From Octopus vulgaris (Eukaryota), in the NCBI GenBank assembly GCA_951406725.2, contig OX597826.1:19406001-19470000 (forward strand): DNA of 64,000 nucleotides, written 5' to 3'. Positions 56,746 through 64,000 of this stretch are shown in pieces (positions within the stretch are counted from its first letter, which is position 1; the number at the start of each line of letters is the position of its first letter). The notes below the pieces were generated by a model that had not been told where the DNA came from, did not search any database, and saw only the letters and a program-made list of their open reading frames with translations. The translations under genes and the position numbers were made by a program.

Positions 56746-57203
56746 GCCCAGATGCATTACCAGGCCTTGGCTCTCATGATTTCTGAACTTAACCGATTGG
56801 AAGTGTTTTGTCTCAGTATAAAAGATGGGCAAGAGAAAATATTCTGTTTAATACCAGCTGAGCATGTTCCTTAGTAGCTGAGGATATGTACATCTCTGAT
56901 TACGAGCAGGAGTAGTGGTGGAGTATCAAAGCCATGTTGAGAGCAATTCTTTGGGGTTCGTCATCCTTAAATAAACTTTATTCAGGCACCTTTTGTGTGC
57001 AATGGGCTACTCGACCAGAAGAAAATTCTCACTGGACCCCACCTGCAAAGACATGCGCTGTTTATCTTGATAGGAGATCACCATGTTTCGTACATATGGT
57101 TGTGGAGTGCCCTTATCAGACAGGTAGTCATGATGGGTATATAGAGCCTCGTATATGTGTATCCTAGTGTCACTTTGTTGGCATGCACTGCTCTCGCTCA
57201 CTT
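56744..57203 (+). mobile_element. ~460-bp non-coding element embedded in (AAT)n (copy 2)
   Basis: It is homologous to 43686-44163 and has (AAT)n on both sides. Confidence 0.8.
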
Positions 57204-57206
57204 AAA

Positions 57207-58419
<1,213 letters not shown>

Positions 58420-59446
58420 CTATTTTTTATGGATGATATAAAGTTTTATGCGTAAAATGAGAAACAACTTGAAAGTCTTGTGCATACTATCTGCTTTTTC
58501 TCAAATGACGTAGGTATAGAATTTGGGATAGAAAAGTGCGCTATTTTGAAAATGAAATGAGAAAGATTTGAAAGAAGCCAGGGAATTGAAATGCCAAATG
58601 GGCAAACAGTGAGAGCGGTTGAGAAAGGGAAGTGGTGTAAGTAGATGGGAATACTGGAAGCAGACGGGATGAAACAAATTACCAGTAGGGAATACAGAAG
58701 GTGAGTGAGAAAATTATCGCAGTCAAAGCTGAATTCAAATACTGAAGCAATAAATTCAAGAGCTGCACCCTTAATCAAATATGGAGTTGGAATTATAGAT
58801 TGGACCAACAACGATATAAAGTAGGAAAATAAAACTAAGAAATACGTGGAAATTTTACCGGTGAGTGTGTTACATTATAAGGCACAAAAAGAAAATGACT
58901 CTCCCCAGACACAAGAAGATATAAAGAAACTTGATAGAAAAACTAGAAAGTTGCTGACAATGTATGGAACCCACCACCCGAAAGCTGATATCAACTGACC
59001 GTACTTGAGGAGAGATCAGGTTGGAAGAGGCTTAATAGGAGTAGAAGAATGTGTACAGATGAAAAGAAAAAGCCTTGTAGAGTATTTACAGAGCAGCGCT
59101 GAAAAACTACTAAAGACAGCGAATGAAGAACAGGTGATGAAGCGCGTAATAGGAGAAAGGGACAAGAATGACATTGAAAGGGAGCACGTCCGACAGACTG
59201 AAAAGAAAAGGCTGATGGTCAGTTTTGGAAAGCCACTGAAGATGTATACTCTTTTACTTGTTTCAGTCATTTGATTGTGGCCATGCTGGAGCACCGCCTT
59301 TAGTCGAGCAAATCGATCCCAGAACTTATTCTTTGTAAGCCTAGTACTTATTCTATCGGTCTCTTTTGCCAAACCGCTAAGTTACGGGGACGTAAATACA
59401 CCACCATCAGTTGTCAAGCGATGTTGGAGGGACAAACACAAATACA

Positions 59447-59495
<49 letters not shown>

Positions 59496-60485
59496 GTATA
59501 TATATACATATATACGACGGGCTTTTTTCAGTTTACGTCTACCAAATCCACTCACAAGGCTTTGGTCGGCCCGAGGCTATAGCAGAAGATACTTGCCCAA
59601 GGTGCCACGCAGTGGGGCTGAACCCGGAACCATGTGATTCGTAAGCATGTTACTTACCACTCAGCCACTCTTACGCCTAGGAGTGTATGTGGAACAAAAT
59701 CCTGGGCTTGGTTTAAAAAAGGGGCAATTAAAAAAAGAAACAGAGAGCCTAATTGTAGCAGCCCAAGATCAAGCGATGAAAACAAATGACTTGAGAAAAA
59801 TATATATATGAAGAAAATGTGTCAAAAATGTAAAGCCTGTGGAAATTGGAACGAGACAGCAGTATATATTATAGCAGAATGCCCCAAGTTGACACAGGAA
59901 CAGTATAAGAAATGGAGGTTTACAAGGTTGTAAAAGTTTTATACTCGAAACTTTGCCATAAATGGGAATTTGATGCTGGAAACATATGGTACTATCATCA
60001 AGTTGAAAGAGTACTGGAGTCGGGAAAATGTAAGATTTTGTGGGACTTTCCTATTCAAACAGACAAGCAGTTAGAAAATAATAGACCGGACATAACAATT
60101 ATAGATAAGAAAAAGCGAAGCTGCTTGTTAATCGACCCATCATGTCTGATTCCAAGATAAAAAAAAGGACGAAAAACAACAACAACAAAGATAATACAAT
60201 GCCTTGAAATTTGAAATAGAAAGAATTTGGTGTATGAGAACTGTCAAGGTTGTGTCTATAATAATTGGTGCATTGGGAACAGTAAACAAAGATATAGACA
60301 AATGGCTGAAGGAGACTGGAATAGAATGCACTGTATTGTCTCTTAGGGACAGCAAGAATTATCAGGAGGGTTCAAAGCACTTGAAAGACAACTGAAAACT
60401 TGTGGATACCTGAGGATACAGGTAGTAAACCCGCCACCCACATAAATCCTACCAGGAATAAGACCGAACCTGTGTCAAATCAAAT
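58420..60485 (+). mobile_element. 5'-truncated R4/Dong-like element (RT C-terminal half, CCHC, RLE), interrupted by a SINE
   Basis: Motifs include FMDDIK, FGIEKCA, KTRKLLTMYGTHHPKAD, GRGL, AAQDQA, ILWDFPIQTD..NRPDI and IIIGALG. Confidence 0.88.
59247..59679 (-). mobile_element. OR2-like CORE SINE
   Basis: Near full-length match to 35720-36127. Confidence 0.9.
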
Positions 60486-60495
60486 AACGATAATG

Positions 60496-60810
<315 letters not shown>

Positions 60811-61846
60811 TAGACTTGCCCAAAACCACTACAAGTTATGGTGACGCGATCAGATAACGAAAGTGCTACACTGGAAACTGTGCGAAAAGTTGGGGCTAGA
60901 GAGAGGCAAGACGTAGTGAGTGGTGGAGTCGGAGACTAGTAAAATCCTCTGGGATTTCCCAATCCAAACAGGTCGGGTGCTAGAGCATTACAGACCGGAC
61001 CTAGTGGTGGAGAAGTTCAGGACTAAAAGCAGACACTGAAGTTTTCATATTGGCAGCACAGGATCAAAGCTTGCTTGCCCAAAACTACCAGGCTAACGTT
61101 CTTAAAAACGGTTCTGACCCTAAATGCAGATTCTGCGACACATTTGACGAAACAGTAGACCATCTCGTCTCGGAATGTCCTGTGCTGACACCAAACGAAT
61201 ACAAGAATCGTCACGATAAGGTAGGACAGTATTTACATTGGAAAATATGTAAAACACTACAAAATCAGCACTCATCTTGAGCCAGTCGTTGAAGGTAAAA
61301 ATGACAGTATCCCCTGGGATTTTCCAGTCAACACTGACAGAACGATCCAGGCTAATCAACTAGGAATAGTTATTAAAGACAGAGAATCCAATATTTGTAG
61401 ATGAATTGATGTAAGTGTTTCCGCTGATATAAATACATCTGAAAAGTAATTTGACAAATTAAGTAAATATAAGGACCTGGAAATTTAAATACAAAAGATG
61501 TAGCATCTCAAAGAGATAAGTGTTCCTGTTATTGTAGGTGTCCCAGGTATGACAAAAGAAAAGGTATATCAGAAACAACTAGATAAGATCCCAGGACCCA
61601 AGAGAACCATGTCTCAGAGAAATCCAAAAGATTGTGCTGACAAGTACTGCCCACATCCTTAGAGAAACTCTATCCATTTAAATGTCTATTTTGTATTACA
61701 TGGTGATATTTCGCTACTGCCCCTGCCACTTGCCCTCCCCAAGCTTTCAACCATACTGTAACCTCGATTATCCTTCACTCACCCTAAGATGCTGGGTGAG
61801 TTTCGGTAAGCGATTATAACAAAGGGGCAGCTTAAAAGTAAATATC

Positions 61847-61891
<45 letters not shown>

Positions 61892-61896
61892 TATAA
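60811..61896 (+). mobile_element. two R4/Dong-like 3' fragments, 3'UTR and (AAT)n
   Basis: The first reads LHWKLC..ILWDFPIQT..RPDL. The second reads AAQDQSL..CRFCDTFDETVDHLVSEC..RHDKVGQYLHW and IQKIVLTSTAHILR. (AAT)n runs from 61848 to 61896. Confidence 0.85.
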
Positions 61897-62149
61897 TGTT
61901 TCAAAAGGATTGACGTAATTCTTCACAAAAGTAAATAGACAATACGAAGAGCGCAATGCGACTGCAATAGATATTTTATTGGTTGAATGACAGCTTGCCT
62001 CTCTTTGTCGAGTTCAAAATTAAAATTGATAATAGAAATTCAAATCCAAAATTTGAACTAGGGCACCAGCGTTCCTAAGTTGATGGAATGACATCATCAG
62101 TCTTCAATTTTCAAGTTTATAATTGGCAAAAAGAAAAAGAAAAAAGAGA

Positions 62150-64000
62150 AAAAAGGAGAAGGAAAGAAAAAGAGAAGAATATTTAATTAAACGGTTTTGT
62201 GTAAATATGATGAATTCTTCTGTCATTTTTATTCCCTCCAGGGTGTGATGTTAATAACTCGCAAACATAACTCATGCATATTGAGGACTGAAAGTGTAGC
62301 AGATTCAGAATATTTTCGGATAATATGCACTTTCAAGTCTTTTTCAGAATTGCAGCCGTTTGATGTAAAATGTTCGGCAAGTTCTGTCGAACTCCTGTTA
62401 TTGTGCCTGAAATAATATCTGTGCCCATTGAATCTTTCGTTTAATTGTTCTGTTGTTCAACCAACATAAATCAAGTCGTGTTTGGTGCATTCTGCTGCGC
62501 ACACCAAATTTCTGTTATGATTCCTGATAGAATTCACTTGACTCATGTTGTTTCACAATGAACAGGCCTTGCCTTTTGCGGCTGCTTTTCAAGGTACAGC
62601 GTGCAAAAACTCCAATGTTAGTTTGTTTTTTTTAACCAGAAGTAGAGGTTAATAATTCTCTTATATTTTTATTCCGTCTATAGGCGGCTGAGGAAATATC
62701 TGTTTGAAACGAAGATATTTTTCTGCAACATGCTGGTATCTTTCATGTAACACTTTTGAAATTCCAGCGAAATTTCGGTGTCAGTTACTCACTAAAGGAA
62801 TTCTGTCACATAGTGTATTGTGTTTGCTAAAATTATGCGTAAAAATTTGACTTTCCTCGCTAATCTTAGCTATGTCATTTGCTATTTCCTTTAATCGTGA
62901 TTCACTGGAACCGCGTTTGACATAATGGTGTACAAAGCATTTGTATCTTTCCGGTAATCCCTTATGTCAGTACAAATCCGTTTTATCCTTAAAATTGGGA
63001 TTTCGGATTTCACCGAATATTATGATTTGGATTATTGGAGCGGCGGTGGGGCTTGCAAAATAACTTTATCACTATTCTGCTTCCAGAAAACTTAAATTTT
63101 GTGCCCAAAAATTCAACGCTAGTTTTCGAAAAACAAGACGTAAAGCTTATGTTCGACTTAAAAGCCATAGCTTTTAGCGTAACAGTCACAGAAATGCAAG
63201 AAGTCAACTAGACTATCCTGTGATCCTTCCCAAACAAAAAAAGAAAAACTTCATCAATGAATTGTTACTAGAGTATTGGCTCATGACCATGTAAGGATTT
63301 GATTGTCTTCAGTAACTGTGTCTCGAATTTCGTCATGAAGACATTAGCGAAATTAACTGCTATGAGGGTACCCCTGGCGCGACCCCTCGTCTGGTGGTTA
63401 AATTTTTGTCCAAACTTCATTGCGTTTCTTCGTAACACAAACCTCAATAGCCTACAGATAGAATTAGATGGAATACTTTTGTTTGGCCGTTTTTCAAAGG
63501 CATTCATGCATGTTTCTATCCTTTCATCGTGGTCAATATTGGGATATAAGGAAGAAACATCCATGATTACCAAAAAACAGCTTTCAACATGGCTTTGGTG
63601 CTTAAAAGAAGCTGTTGATTTTAGACACAAAATCAAAAGTATCCCAAATGGATGTTATATGTTCATAAGAACTTGATCTTTTTTGCGACAGGGAGTAGAA
63701 AGTCATCCAGCCATTCCGAAATTTTGGCCGTACAACATCCATATTCGCAGCAAATTGGACGCATCAGAAGAAATCTTTCGAATTTTTTGTGTATTTTGGA
63801 GAGACCATAGAATACAGGTGTTCTACTTTATGACCGTAAACTCTTGGATTCTGCCTTATTAATGAAATTATTTTCCTCCATTTCCAGAATTATGTTGTCA
63901 AGTTCCTCTCTGAAATTGGGGTTTGGATCGACAGGTAATTCTTCATATTAAGTTTTGTCACTTAAAACTTCTTCCCTTTTGTCCATAACAGCGTCTCCCT
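62150..64000 (-). mobile_element. Penelope-like element RT plus GIY-YIG (degenerate; continues beyond the window)
   Basis: The minus strand reads FYGLSKIHK, MRPI, MDVSSLYPNI, QTRGRARG...FANVFM, NLVCAAEC.KHDLIYVG and RFNGH. Confidence 0.85.

Overview
This is a eukaryotic, AT-rich, repeat-saturated window. The tRNA-derived SINEs and microsatellite load resemble an octopus (cephalopod) genome; that assignment is inferred from remembered SINE sequences, not from a search. I see no intact host gene, rRNA or CRISPR locus, and most long ORFs in the track are microsatellite translations. The window is a nested set of transposon remains: RTE, L1/Tx1-like, CRE, R4/Dong-like and other LINE fragments; Penelope-like elements; a well-preserved Helitron RepHel region with one in-frame stop; non-autonomous Helitrons; Tc1/mariner, hAT and Merlin-like DNA elements; and three SINE families. 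One 100-N gap lies at 29118-29217. Four observations stand out. (1) At 57364-58419, seven 97-100 bp hairpin-bearing units are separated only by (AAT)n of variable length. The unit is one end of a ~470 bp (AAT)n-embedded non-coding element that sits among R4/Dong-like RLE fragments. (2) Recurrent foldback elements inside (TA)n carry hammerhead-ribozyme-like cores. (3) A pseudoknot-capable RNA motif lies at an RTE 5' end. (4) A possible spliced 5' end of a host gene lies on the minus strand at about 6.2-7.0 kb.
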